The notes under the pieces were generated by a model, which saw nothing but the letters and a program-made list of their open reading frames with translations, was not told the origin of the DNA and searched no databases. A stretch of 63,987 nucleotides of DNA, counting the filler, from Folioceros fuciformis (lineage: Eukaryota), in NCBI GenBank assembly GCA_049999805.1. It is 21 parts of 21 records of this genome, joined end to end, with 100 filler letters (N's around TTAATTAATTAA, not from the genome) between each part and the next. Parts side by side here need not be neighbours in the genome. Positions count along the whole stretch, not along the records: positions 1 to 10,029 come from JBNGIO010006792.1; positions 10,130 to 12,506 come from JBNGIO010006793.1; 19 more parts are not named here. One strand, given 5' to 3'. Below, in pieces: positions 1 through 12,606 of this stretch. Position 1 is the first letter of the stretch, and each line of letters begins with the position of its first letter. Both the position numbers and the translations under genes were made by a program.

Positions 1-653
1 GCCATGAAAATAGGAGGGAAAGGAGGGACGCGAGGGAAGTGAGGGGGAATAAGAGAAGGGATGGGTGCGACAGCTGGTTCATCAGGCGGCGGGGCTGGTG
101 GTGTTGAAATGGAAAGTGGGGGAAGAGGAAGACTTGCAGGAGGGATCTCGGGGATGGATGGAAGGGTTGGGGCAAGGGATGGATCAGGTGGAAGATCTGG
201 AACCCGGATCGGTATCCGAGGATACAGATCGGATGGCTCGGAAACAACGGACAGTCTTCGTTTCGAAGACACCAGGGATGAACTCACCACACTTGCTCCA
301 TAGCGGGGATGAACGAAAGCATCCACAGACTCCTCTGGGCGGATCATCACGTCGTGGTTTGGACGTCTTCCATTGTCGGGAACGCCTCGGGACACGCCAT
401 CACCTGGCGTGGAAAAGTGTCTTCGAGTTAGCAAGGCTCTCGTAGAACTGAAAGACTCTCTGACGAAGAGCGACGAGTATTGGGGTAGAATGCAGTTACC
501 TGTATGCAAAGGTTCACGGTCATGCGAGAACGCCCAGTGTCCAGCTGAGCTCCCATCAGTTGCTGCCAACACCATTACCGCCGTCAACAGTGCTGTTAGA
601 AATGCTCTTGGCGCATCCACTCGGAGTGTGTGCGCGCCTGCCATGGTGGTCAT
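1..653 (-). CDS. 5' part of a secreted/membrane proline-rich protein (class I formin- or HRGP-like N-terminus), truncated at window edge
   Basis: Manual translation from ATG at 653: MTTMAGAHTLRVDAPRAFLTALLTAVMVLAATDGSSA (signal-peptide-like). A GT-AG intron follows at about 404-499, then ...SSKRRLSVVSEPSDLYPRIPIRVPDLPPDPSLAPTLPSIPEIPPASLPLPPLSISTPPAPPP..., open to position 1. Family assignment is inference. Confidence 0.55.
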   Translation of the reverse strand, partial: MTTMAGAHTLRVDAPRAFLTALLTAVMVLAATDGSSAGHWAFSHDREPLHTGNCILPQYSSLFVRESFSSTRALLTRRHFSTPGDGVSRGVPDNGRRPNHDVMIRPEESVDAFVHPRYGASVVSSSLVSSKRRLSVVSEPSDLYPRIPIRVPDLPPDPSLAPTLPSIPEIPPASLPLPPLSISTPPAPPPDEPAVAPIPSLIPPHFPRVPPFPPIFM

Positions 654-1490
654 GGTGACCTGGTGTGAGAGCAGGATTTTCACTGTTGCCACCCTCGGGT
701 GGTAGACTTGTCCAAGGTAGACAGTCCCATCTTTCAGTGCTCTACAAGGCGCCGGTGACCTTTTCTTTCCTAGATGCCATGACTTCCGGACTACAACTTG
801 ACAGAAGCAAGCTCGACGGTGCAAGTGGAGCTGGAAAAGCCAACTTTTTATACGTCAGCAGAAGAAACGAGGAGAACGGAGGTGCCTTCCTTCGTCACGG
901 GGCTGAAGGCAACCAACTCAGAACCTAATCTCCTGACACGAACTGAGATGTGGGTGGCCGTTTGGACATCGTGTGAATCAGGCAAACGCACTTCTGCTCA
1001 TGACCATCAAATACAGCCGATCCGGAAAACGATCAATGTAACTCTCCCCTTCCTAAACTCTGGTGTGTAATAACTCTGCAACTGAATGCTGTGGGAACAT
1101 TAAGCCTAATCTAGCGGATTACAATCTACAGTTCCCGGACGAACTAGACACCTAAGGCGCAATCACATGGGTTGTGTCCACAGCTTGAGGTCGATGCCGA
1201 ATGATCAGAGCCGAGTTTTAGCTCCCTTGCCTCTGACTCCCTCGTGGGGCATGGCCCATATGGGATTGTACAACAGATAGCGCATTCGGAGCCAAAGACA
1301 CTCTAGGTTTGTCTCCAGATGCCTGCACAAGTGCATAAGAGTAAGTCACACACGAGCCTCTATCTGCTGGAACTGCCCCCCAGTTCTTAACCTCTCCTGG
1401 CAACGGTAAATATCGAACGTTCAGCCAGCAAAGGAAAAATCGGAGAACTTTGATAGAGTGTAATATCTCAGCACAGTAGTTGTAAACGGG

Positions 1491-4400
1491 TCACTGGCGG
1501 AAAAGATTGAGTACCCTTGCGACAAGTTCTTGGTAAGCACCCTCAAGGCAACGTTTCAAGTCAGCATACGATGCGATGAGCATGGATCGCTCATCCCTAC
1601 TCAACAAGATCAGCCTCTCGGACACACCTGCATCCAACTGGTTTGCCAAACAGATTTCCATGTTGAGATTGATGCGCAGCCCTTACCAAGAAGAGAACAT
1701 TCATGTCAAAACAAATGCAGGACTCCACCTTGTTCAAGGTCTCAATCACATGTCCCCAGTCAAGAACAGGTGTACCTTCATCCGTCACCTGCACAATGCT
1801 AGAGTTAAAACTATCCAACACAAAAAGAATGATTGGAACAAAAAGCATCGGCGACATCTAGTGTCCAAGCATTTTGTCCGCCAGCTGAGCCCTCGGCACA
1901 GCGTGTCTAACCGAGGCGTTTACCAGAGACCTCACCTGGTGGAAAACGAAGTCACGGAACAGCTTCAGCAAATATCGATCCCCTAATTCTGACCAATTTG
2001 GATCCATGTCACTGTCAGGACGTTCATTCATCATTCCCAGCTTTATCAAAATGCGCAGCAGCCTCCCATTCTCAGTCTCCTTGCTGAGCTCTGTCATCAG
2101 TTCGTCGTTCTGTATGTGCAGTTGTTCAATCTGCTAGAACATGTCCCAGAACAGAAAAAGGCATGTCGACGTATCAATACAGGAACTGCTACAGGCTGCA
2201 CTACAACCACACACACCGGGAACTGACCTCACTATATGTCCGCTCAGCCAAAGCTCCATAAAATTGATGAATGCTAACCGCTTCCGACTTTTCTAGGGAA
2301 GCTGCCAGAAGCCCCTGAGTGAGTCTTACAAGCTCTTGAGAATAGTGTGCTGCCATGAAGTCCAGCGAAAAATTCACAGCTGATCCACAGGCCAAAGACA
2401 GAATGAGCCGCCCAAAGGCTACAAGGTCTTCTCTCTGGAAAATTTGGCAGAACTACCATGTCAAAAAATCGTGACGATAGTAGAGAACAGAACAGTGAAC
2501 TCCCAGCAAGACCTAATTCGCAAAAGTGACAAATGCTTAAGCCAGTCAAATCCATATCACCTGCATCACATGAAGTTCATCAACTGCATCGCCGATAAGG
2601 ACATCTAAAATGCCGATACCATTGACCCGTAGACGACCTTTGCTTGGAATCAGAATTTTTGATGGTTGCAAAAGTCCAGGTCGGAAGTAAAGCCCAGCAG
2701 CATGTACTGCCCGGATAACAGTAGCTATTTGCAACATGTAGCTCCAAATTTGGTCTTCACTAACCTGCCACAACTTTCTTCAATCTCTCTATAACCTGGG
2801 TCAAGGACCATGCTTACATAAAAGAGATCCCAACGAGTTTCCTTTCATCTTACCATTAAGTGAACCACTCCTCCAGGTTGTTCCTGGTGGAAATACAAAG
2901 CTTCCAGGGTGACCGCACCAGGGTAATAGTCATGCACAAAAAAAAGTGCTGTTGAATCTTCCACCTCTCGGCTGACAAATGCTTCACGGAAGGCTACAAT
3001 GTGTGGGTGCCGTAATAAAGGTGCCCACCTTTCCACAGTCTCTGCAGCTGCTGTGATGAGCTCAGCAGTTGGAATGACCTGCATCGCAGGTGTCTCATTC
3101 AACTACGATCCTTGAAAACCCACCCCTCTTGGTGTCCACATCTCGTACATGAGCGAGAGTGCAAATATTTGCTAGCTATTTCAAGTTAAGTCATCGAGAC
3201 ACACACGAAGATGTAGTGCATACAGTAGGCTCCCATGGTGCTCTTTAAGCTGAGGATCAAATGTGAAGTATAAACAAACAAATAGCATACTCATGTGTTT
3301 CGACTCATTCACCATCAGTAGCTAAGTACTGCTAACCTGGCGGCTGTCGATTCTCCTGATGGCATATGCTTGGCCATCAGACGAGGAAACTCCCTTGAAA
3401 ATCATTGTCCGTACTCCAAAGGAGGAGCTTGGACTTTCATCCTCCCTGTTCATGTCTTCCAAGGGGTATAGAGAATGAAAACGCTGCACCATTTCAGGAA
3501 GATCTACAAGATCTTGCTCTGGATCCAGCTGAGTGTTATCAACATCGAAATACAGTCAGCATACCAGACAAGTACATCATAGCCAGGCTGAGCTGGGGAC
3601 ATACAACGAGATGGGACAACAATATTTATCCTTTACCTGCTGAAGCATGAGACGCCCTTGCAAGACACAATAAAAGGGTACTTGCAGATCTGTAAAGGGA
3701 CCTCAATCACGACACATTAAACTCTGAAAGCCTCGACCTCTACTGACAGCGGCTTTAGGCATTCATCATTCTGTCCATACTGACAAGATGAGACATCTGG
3801 TTGTTTCTGATCTGTTGGGCACAATGTCTTTTGGAACATCTGGGACGACTTCAGAGTTCCCCAGTTTTGGACTCGTGACAGGAGGACGTCATGACTGACC
3901 CCTAGCTAGCCCAGGTAAGTAGACGAGACCAATCAGTGGTTATCTGACCTGTGCATGGATGAGTGCATGCCGCCGGCGAAGTTCCTCCCTTAAGTTCTCC
4001 GGCAAGAATTTGGATCCCAGCTGTGCACGTCCAACAGGAGAATGACCTCTAGCCACTCGTCCCTCTGCTCGAACTCCTGACCCACTAAATGGCCCTGATG
4101 ATGCTACATGATGAACGCTACTGATACCTTGCCCTGGACCAAGAAAATAAGTCGCTCCACCATGTGTAGCAGCAGCAACTGTAGTGAGATTTGCTACAGG
4201 AGACATTGACCGAAAGTATCCAGATGGTAACCGGGCAGCAGACGAGGCTCCCTGCGGTGTTTGTGGCCTCTGCTGTAGGATTTGTATCTGCTGATGGTGT
4301 GAGAGTTTCTGTAGTTGACGATGTTGTTGCTTCAGGCCAGGTTGTGTCTGCGGTGATGCTGGTATTTGTTGAGGATGTTGATGTTGATGCTGGGAATGCA

Positions 4401-6753
4401 ATTGCGGTTGCTGATGCTGCAGAATGGATTGATCATTGAGAGACTGAAGTTGCTGGTCTAGCTCTGAAGTTGAGACAGTACGGTCCATCTGTTGAGATTC
4501 TCCCGAGAACATGCTCCTTCCATCATTTGCAGGACCACCATCAGCAGGTGCACTAGCCGAAGCAGGCTTCTCCTGTGTTTGTCCAAATTGATGCTGACCA
4601 TCCAATTTCTGAGGGGACCTCAAAGAAAAGGGGGGAGGCAGCTTAGATTGCTGCTGAAGGTGAGCATGATGCTGCATATTAATCTTCTGGAACTGGTGCA
4701 GCTGCTGTTGCTGTTGGTGAGATCTCATTGACTGTGACTGCGCACTTGGCCCAAAACTCAGTTGGGAGGCAAAACCGTTTCCCATTTGCAATCCACCAAT
4801 GCCATCACCCACAATGCCCATATTTGCAAGCGTCTCCTGAGATGGCAGCAGCGGCAGCCCACCATTCCCTGTTCTAGACAAGGGGATAACAAAGGAAGGA
4901 TTCGGAGGAGACATAGCTGTCATACCAAGGGCAGGGTCATCTCCATCAGGGAGGCGGAATGGTGCCATTCCTATGGGCGCATCCAAGTTAACATACGGGC
5001 TGCTTAATCCATTTCCAGACATTCCACGAGCAGCTGCAAACATGTGAGCGGTAGCTTGTTGCTGAATTTGCTGCTGGAGTTGAGAAAGCTGCTGACGAAT
5101 CTGTAGCTGCTGTGTTGGCCCAGAGACATGCGGATGCCCCATGGGAAGGGGACGTGTCCCTCCTCCATTGAAACCCAAGACTGTACCCATGGGAGCAGGA
5201 AATCCACCAGCCCCTCCCAGTTGCTGTTGTTTTGCCTTTGGAACGTAAGGAGCTGCACCAGCAGCTGACGCCACTGCTGCTGGTACATATGGTGCGGCAT
5301 TAGCATTTCCAATGCTTGAGCTAGCACTGGAACCTCCATTGACAGATGCAGAACTCACAGAGGAGTTGGTCGGTTGTGCATTCAATCTTGCAGGAAGACT
5401 GGCAGGACTGCTTAGGCTTGGCACAGGGCTACTTGCTGAGCTGTCACTCTCTATTTCCGAAGTTCGTTGCGGTGAAATCTGAGCAGCAGCTGAAGATGGC
5501 TCAACAGAAGGGGAACTAGTAGCTATAGGAGTTCCATTTTGAGACTGAGGGCCAGAGCCTGTGCTGGGCACAGAAATAAAAGGAGCCTGAGGATTAACAC
5601 TGTTCAGCAGCTTTCCTCCACCAGGAGTGACTCCTCCCCAGGCTGATAGAGCAGCTCTTTGTGCTGCAGCAACAGCTGCTGGTACAAATGCAGGAGCTGA
5701 AACGGGGAGCCCCTTATTCCGAATACCTGCCACAGCTGGTATCCAATACAGAGAGAAAGCCTGAGAAATCACGGAACAAAGCTGAGCCGGGAGCTGGAGT
5801 GCACAGCCAGACAGCCTACTACCACCTGTGCGTTTAAGATCAGCATAGCACAACTTGATACTCAAAGCCTCTAACAAGCTGAAAGACTTAATTAAAATGT
5901 TTTTGGCAACATGTCTGCACTCCTAACACATCCAGTTTTCTGTCAAACGTCAACATACCAAAGGAAGATAGAAACCCATATGACCTGTGCACATCTAGCA
6001 GCGGTTTAAGTTCAAAGCCACTCACGGGCTGTTCCAGGAGCACCACTTGCCCGACTGGCAGAAGCAGTCCAGGTATTGGCTGTGGTTGAGCTTGAAATAC
6101 CAGAGACTGTTGATGCAGGAGGTCTTTTGGTCCCCAAACAAGAGAATAGAAACATGTCAGAAAGAAACACAGCTGATAATTTCCCATTTGAGGTGCCTTC
6201 TCATGTTCATCCACGTCATTGCAGTGTGAAGACTGCGTAGAACTTCTTGTTCAGTGTCCGCAGATCGGTCCCTAATAGCTAACATGCACTTCATCTTTCA
6301 AATTGCACTGCTGGAATGCATGCTGCTCCATACAACAGAAGGTGATGCATTGCCGGCCCAGGTCTCATGAAAGCCATACAAACAATTTCGAAGTTGTGTA
6401 GAACTGTTTATCAAATTCCATTCTATCCACTACTGCTAGCCAGATGACAGCAAAAATCACCCGAAACTTACCCTGAGCGTGTCACACCAGCAATATCATG
6501 ATTATATTCGCATCCCTTGTCCTCATTCTGCATGGCATGAAAGCCAGATGATCATGTACCAACCACGCAACGAAATGACAGCACAAATCTTGCTGTGGAA
6601 GTAAGTGCTGATACGCAATCAAAAAATGAAGGGAGCACATGTTGCGGTCTAACATGGCAAGAAGAACTAGAGAGAAAGCAACAGTATCCACAGATCTCAC
6701 CTTACAGTACCCTGTCAGCAAGAGCTCTTTGCATGCCTTCTCTCGTTTTGGCA
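1491..6753 (-). CDS. PAN3: PAN3, regulatory subunit of the PAN2-PAN3 deadenylase (multi-exon; start exon unresolved, candidate ATG near 7412)
   Basis: Spliced CCCH finger [21 protein letters not shown] (exons 6701-6753 and about 6472-6527), PAM2-like [10 protein letters not shown] and a Q/S-rich low-complexity region. Pseudokinase: FHSLYPLE...[54 protein letters not shown]-terminal knob: [72 protein letters not shown]. Stop at 1491. Confidence 0.95.
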
Positions 6754-8859
6754 CTGCATGGAGAGAAAGCACAACACAACTGAGCCGATACTCCCATGGA
6801 GCTCAGAAGTCAAGAATGTAGAATGCTGTACAAGCTCTCTCAAATACTGCCCAACGGCCAACAGGACTGACATCCGATAAACCGATACACATGTTCAAAC
6901 AACGTCTTGAATCAAGCAACGTGGCTGCTGTCTTCTTGCCCGCCAGATTTACAGGGAGCTTCAAGTGAGATCGTTAACCTGCTCTGCCTGACGTGGCACG
7001 ATCAACAACATTGTGCGCAAAATTGCATTGATCACCGAAGAAACAGGTGCCGGATGTTGCCCAATACCGACAAGTGACGTTGCTGTACCACACAATACCA
7101 CAAAGGGGACGAGAATCCTCAGACATACTGTGGGCAAACGAGCAACAACTCCTCCACCCATTTTCACACCACTTCCTTCATGAACAAGTCTGACACGATG
7201 ACCATTACGGCAGACTGCTCCCACCTGCTTGAAAGCGTGAAAGCCATCCTGATTCCAATTTGGGGCATGTAACGAACAACAATGCACGCAATGACTGCAA
7301 TGACTGTGACAAATTACAAATAGGCATTCACACAAGCCGACCAGTCCCACACGGATGCTGGTGAATTCAAGGAGGCCAACCTCGCGGGAAGCTTCTGATG
7401 GGGACCGCTCATTGCAGCAGTCGATGGAGGGCTGATAAAAAGTTCTCATGCCGCGCTTCTGGGTCAGTCATACACGGTCCACAGCACCACGTCAATGGCG
7501 GCACCCAATTGGCCACGAGTCAGTCCCCAAGCCCCTGCCACCACAGACAGCATAAGAGCGGCTGCTGCTATCTAATTAGGCGATCACGACGAGCTGGCTG
7601 GCCGTGAGCCGCGACAGGAACGAGAGCAATGGGATACACCTCCGACGCTCAGCGTGTGCGTGTGCTTGTTGTGTTGGCTCTTGGTGTATGGCTTGCTGCT
7701 GGCTCCGCAGCAGACACAGACGATGGTCCGGCAGAGAAAGGGGCCCGCAGACTGCAGCAGTGAGAGATGCGAGCACACAGTTGCATTTGGATTGCTACGC
7801 AGTCTCAGGCCTAAAGAGTCTCCCACACGTTTTACTCCTTCCAGTAATTTTTCAACAACGTTACAGCCCTAATATGTCACACCTCCCCCTCCCCTATTGG
7901 CGCTCGTACGTTCATCTTAGATACTTGGAACAGGCTACTCCACACATGCTTGGTCAAAATGCGCCGCTGCCCGCAACACGTCTTGTTGTTGACACTGTAA
8001 CGCATGCACCATAATTTGTGGATGACTTCATACAGATTTAAAACACAAACATATTTACATTTTATCTAATATTAAGTTTCTTTTCCAGTTTTGTTAATTC
8101 CTAGTTTGTTCTACAAATTCATTAATGCATGCCTGTAGAATATGGCTAACATGCCAAAGCAACTGCGGCAGTCCGTATATTTTTCTAGGATATGATATTG
8201 AGATTAAATTGGAGAAGTGACAACCAGATCATACAAGGTGAGTTGAGACCTCGTAATTAGAAACAACTCCATTTAGATTTTCTTTCATTTAGTTGATGTA
8301 ATCCATGTATGCACAAAAGATTTTCATTCAACTATATTATGAGTTCCTCTTGCTTCCAAGTTTCTATTGATTTGAGTGTTAGGATCAGAGATCTTGCAAT
8401 AACTTGAATGAGTTTGCTTGCATGTGATGTCAAAATTCATATCACTTCAACCAACAAAATGTAGATCACCAACCATGCTTAAAAAGTTAGATGAAAATAT
8501 AAAAACACAAAAAGAAAAATAAGCGCATTGAACTAAATTGGTCTCGGCACTTAGTATACGAGCACAAGTTGACACATCAAACCCTTGACTTGGCTTCTTT
8601 TATTGGTCCCCAGATGTTCAAAGTGGCTTCACACGCACAAGCGGTAGCTAGCCATCAGGCCATAAGCCATGACAGTCTACAGGATGCTCAATAACAAGAA
8701 TCTTTGAAATGGCCTAGGGGCTACGCCTCTTACACATTGCCCAAAGGCAATTGCCTTGCCAAGGTTGTAGAACCTGTAGGACTAACGCAAGCACCAACCA
8801 CTCCCCATCTCACACTTGTTCTCTAGTTTATAATAGTTTTGGGACTAGTATTGGTGCAG

Positions 8860-9620
8860 TGGTGCGCTACGATGGAGTGGAGTGGTGCGCTACGGTGGAT
8901 CAGAGTGGTGTGCTCTAGTGGAGCGGTATGGTGTGGAATAGGGAGAGGTGTGGACGTAGAATAGAGCAGTGTGGTGTGAAGCAAGGGAGAGGTTTGGGCA
9001 TAGAGTAGGGGGATGCTCAGAGATGGGCATAGGAGTGTTGTAGAGCATGAGCTCTGGAGAATGAGCAATATGACGATATGTTGCAGGAGCAATATAAAAC
9101 GATAGTATGAGTGGTGTAGGGGTGTACAAATGGTATAGCAGATGAAAATGGTATACAAGCATGGTCGAGCAAGCAATTAAGGTTAAGGGTTTAGCGGAAT
9201 AGCAAAGCAAAATAAGATTAAAGCTTAGCCACATGGTAGAGCCAAATGAGATTAGGGTTTAACAGCATGGCGAAGAAGAATGGGTTTAGCGTTAAGCGGC
9301 ATGGTGGAGGAGAATGGGTTCAGGGTTTAACGGCATGGTGAGGTAGAATGGGTTTAGGGTTTAGCAGAATGGTTAAGCAGAATGGGTTTAGCATTTAACA
9401 GCATGGTGGAGCAAAATGGCTTAGGGTTTTATTCATGGAGCAAATAGGTTTAGGGTTTAGTGCCATGGCATAGCAGAATAAGTTTAGGGTTTAGTGGCAT
9501 AATGGAGAAAAATAGGTTTAGGGTTTTCTCAACATCGTGGAGCAAAATGGGTATAGGGTTGAGCAACATAGCGGAGCATAAGGGCATAGAGTGGAGCATA
9601 TGGAGAGCATCATAGGGTTA
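8860..9620. repeat. Compound degenerate minisatellite: G-rich ~22-bp units, then about 12 copies of a 34-bp unit containing plant telomere-like GGGTTTAGGGTTTA
   Basis: Units such as gcatggtggaggagaatgggttcagggtttaacg and gcatggtgaggtagaatgggtttagggtttagca recur at about 9160-9575. gtggtgcgctacg repeats occur at 8860-8895. Confidence 0.8.
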
Positions 9621-10029
9621 CATATTACAACGAGGACTACAACTGTTTAGTTTTGATCGTTTTATACAACTTTCTACATGCTTCTATTATATGGCGTGTG
9701 ACACCCAACCTTTACCTATCAAGGACACCCCTTGCCCAGTGTGTTCTCAACTTTGTTCCGGGGTCAAGGAGGTGAAATGCCATATTGGTCATTGTAGACG
9801 AAAAAATGCTTAGAAATCCCCTTGCCAAGTGCGAGACTTGGTGGTTTTTTGTTTTTTTTTTGGTAAGATGGATGCAAAAGCGGCTCAAGTTGGGAGTAGG
9901 CCAAGGTATTTATGCTCAAGACCTCCTTGGGTCTTGAAGTTTTAAGGTAAGTACAGGGTTGACCAATAACTGGTTTGTGGATCAGGTTGGGGAGGGTGCT
10001 ACTCCGTCCTTGGGTCTCAATGTTTGAAT

Positions 10030-10129
10030 NNNNNNNNNNNNNNNNNNNNNNNNNNNNNNNNNNNNNNNNNNNNTTAATTAATTAANNNNNNNNNNNNNNN
10101 NNNNNNNNNNNNNNNNNNNNNNNNNNNNN
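10030..10129. other. Artificial contig spacer N44-TTAATTAATTAA-N44 (first of 20)
   Basis: Identical 100-bp linker with stops in all six frames. It also starts at 12507, 15619, 17140, 20557, 21914, 23443, 28669, 32779, 36926, 38538, 44295, 46191, 47439, 49830, 52464, 57171, 58364, 60209 and 62054. Confidence 0.99.
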
Positions 10130-10146
10130 GGAGGGGACAGAGGAGG

Positions 10147-10596
10147 ATGAGGTTTCCGTGGCGGCTGAACCTTGGGCTTGGAGCCAGCGTGGACACGGAG
10201 AAAGGGATGTTGGAGCCCCGGTTGCGGGTGCGGGGAGATCATGTGGCGCTGCATCTACTGCCGGACCCTGTGCTGGAATTTCGGGGAAAGTGGCCGGTGC
10301 TCAACACGCAGCTGGCCGTGGATGTGCGATACCGGGTGCCGCTGCAAGGGTTGCACCGGTTCTGGGAAGATTCCGGGGCCAGGCTCATGGTGAATCTGTT
10401 TAATCCACTGGGGACAGGAGTCCACCTTACTCCAGGGGGATTGGAGTTCGATGAGCATGTCGTGCAGGTAGGGAAGTACACCACGATTAGGGTGGCAGCT
10501 TCTGTAGATTTCCCCCGCCAGTTTCCTCTTTCCGAAGGGGAACAGCCTGTGAAGGTCCGGATCAACCGGCTAGAACTCAAAACGAGGGTACTGTAG
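10147..10596 (+). CDS. Uncharacterised beta-strand-rich protein (possibly 5'-truncated by the gap)
   Basis: 149-aa uninterrupted ORF with protein-like composition and alternating hydrophobic/polar strands (LNLGLGASVD, PRLRVR, LAVDVRYRVP, TIRVAASVDFP, VKVRINRLELKT). Confidence 0.65.
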   Translation: MRFPWRLNLGLGASVDTEKGMLEPRLRVRGDHVALHLLPDPVLEFRGKWPVLNTQLAVDVRYRVPLQGLHRFWEDSGARLMVNLFNPLGTGVHLTPGGLEFDEHVVQVGKYTTIRVAASVDFPRQFPLSEGEQPVKVRINRLELKTRVL

Positions 10597-11135
10597 AGTA
10601 TTGGAATGGTGGGGTTTTGTGGACCCGGGGAGAGCATCTGCGCACACGCTTTCTGTGCTTCCCAGCAGCCGTCAAAAAGACAAATTGGATGACACGGGGT
10701 TCGCTGTTCACGAAATGGAATTGGCGTGGTGAGTGGTAGGTGCAAGGAACGACGGCAATCGTTCGACAGAGCAGCTAAAAGTAGGCAACAACCTCGACTG
10801 CGCCGAAACCGTACTGGATTTGACCGCATTTCAGTGGGTCGTTTGAAACAGCCCTTACGCCTTCCTTCTTCCAGGAGGAAGGAGGTTGGGTACGGTCTGA
10901 TTGGATCGAATCCGTCATATCATAATGGTCCTCCATGATGGTCATTGATGTTTTTTTCTGTTTTGACCCTTCCAGCAGTAAGAGACAAGATGTAGTGGAT
11001 TATCCGTGTGTCTTGGCTTGCCTTGTGCGAGGTGATGGTAGGAGTGCTCGTCTTGCGAACAACCTTCTCCACGCGCCAGTGATGTTCTGAGAAGATTCCC
11101 ACCGGTTGAGTGTCGATTGCGCAGTGCCGGTAGGC

Positions 11136-12506
11136 TCAGATCACGGCTTCATCCATCTCTGGTGATCTGTGTAGCTGCGACGAAGCAGCAGTGGTGGAGC
11201 TAGCGTCGTCCTGTAGGGCCTGCAGGGTAGAGTATATTACGGCGAAGCGTGTCCCAGTGAAGCAGAACAGGAGACTGCTACTTGTAGCGTGCTCAACATC
11301 CATACCTCCCCGTTTATCATGGCTGATGGTGGGTTGGAGTTACGTGGTTGACGCAAGGCTCTTGCCAGTACCCTCCTGATTCTCCTCTGTCGACGAACTC
11401 GCCAGCATTCCAGTATAAGACGAAGAATTGTCGTTACACCCAAGAAGATCAAGACCCCTGCAACATTGGACGGACCTCAGTAAATAAAGGGCAAGTCATG
11501 TGCCTTGGTTCTGGTCCATTTTCAAACTCTAATAATCCAGTATTTCACATGTGATTCACGACATGCTTGATGAAAGGTTTCACCCAGTGTTTTGCCACAA
11601 GGATTGACGTACAAGATGTACCTATGATGATATTCACAGGAAGAGCAGAAGCCCCAAGAAATACGGAGATTAGTACGTCAAAGAGCAGTCCGCTGACGAG
11701 GATCGCCAGGGCCACCCAGAGCGGCTGAAGTCGACACTGTGCATCACAATCAGGAGCAGAACAGCTTTGCTTGACATGAAGATTGTGATACAAACGAAAC
11801 AGAGTTGCAGAAACAGGACTGTGAACTAGCTGGCGGCAAGGAAACACAATTCATACCCTGTTTGGAGCTTGTCCATCTAACCTCCACACCCAGAATTGCT
11901 GCAGCACAGACAAGAAGACAAATCTTCTGATCAGATATGACTACGTAACTGTAACGAGCTCACGAGATTTCTGAACAACAGTGCTGCTGCCCACTTACTC
12001 CTGGTTGGGTCATCGGAGGAAGGACGTTCAGGCAGATCTCCCTAAAGAGAAAAACAGGGCATGAGTCTGAGAGGGAAGGACATACGAAACAGACGTTTAG
12101 GGAAGATGAGAATGTCGGCAACTTTACATGCATATCTCGCAGTCGTTGCTGCCCCTTCTGGCAAACCATGTGTCTATGCATGGCCGATGGGCTACAGCCA
12201 ATCCACCCCGACACGCACATCCCAATTGAATTAGCGGCTCTTGACTTGTAAGGTGACAGATCCTGCCAACAAGCTTAGCAGTCATGAGAGACCCACTCCA
12301 CCATTCCATCCCATCCATCCCCAGCTCCCACAGTCATATCTCACCTGCAGATGTCCTCGCCGCTGGAGCTCCGGGGAATGACGGACCCCGTGCCCGTCTC
12401 GCCCTCCTCCTCCCTCCCATCCACATTTCCCGCATCCGAGGCGTTGGAATTATGCAATTCCGACCCCCTCTCCTCCACGTCTTTCCCCTCCAGTACCACA
12501 GTTGTC
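11136..12506 (-). CDS. RING-CH (RINGv/MARCH-type) membrane E3 ubiquitin ligase, 5'-truncated
   Basis: Spliced C4HC3 RING-CH: CR|ICH...LGCACRGGLAVAHRPCIDTWFARRGSNDCEIC. Then exon QFWVWRLDGQAPNR (11857-11898) and two TM helices PLWVALAILVSGLLFDVLISVFLGASALPVNIIIG|VLIFLGVTTILRLILECW. Canonical GT-AG introns; stop at 11136. Confidence 0.9.
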
Positions 12507-12606
12507 NNNNNNNNNNNNNNNNNNNNNNNNNNNNNNNNNNNNNNNNNNNNTTAATTAATTAANNNNNNNNNNNNNNNNNNNNNNNNNNNNNNNNNNNNNN
12601 NNNNNN

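Noticed and set aside
9160-9575. CRISPR-like periodicity or a true telomere
   Set aside because: Whole units are homologous with no unique spacers, there are no cas genes, and there is no uninterrupted TTTAGGG tract.
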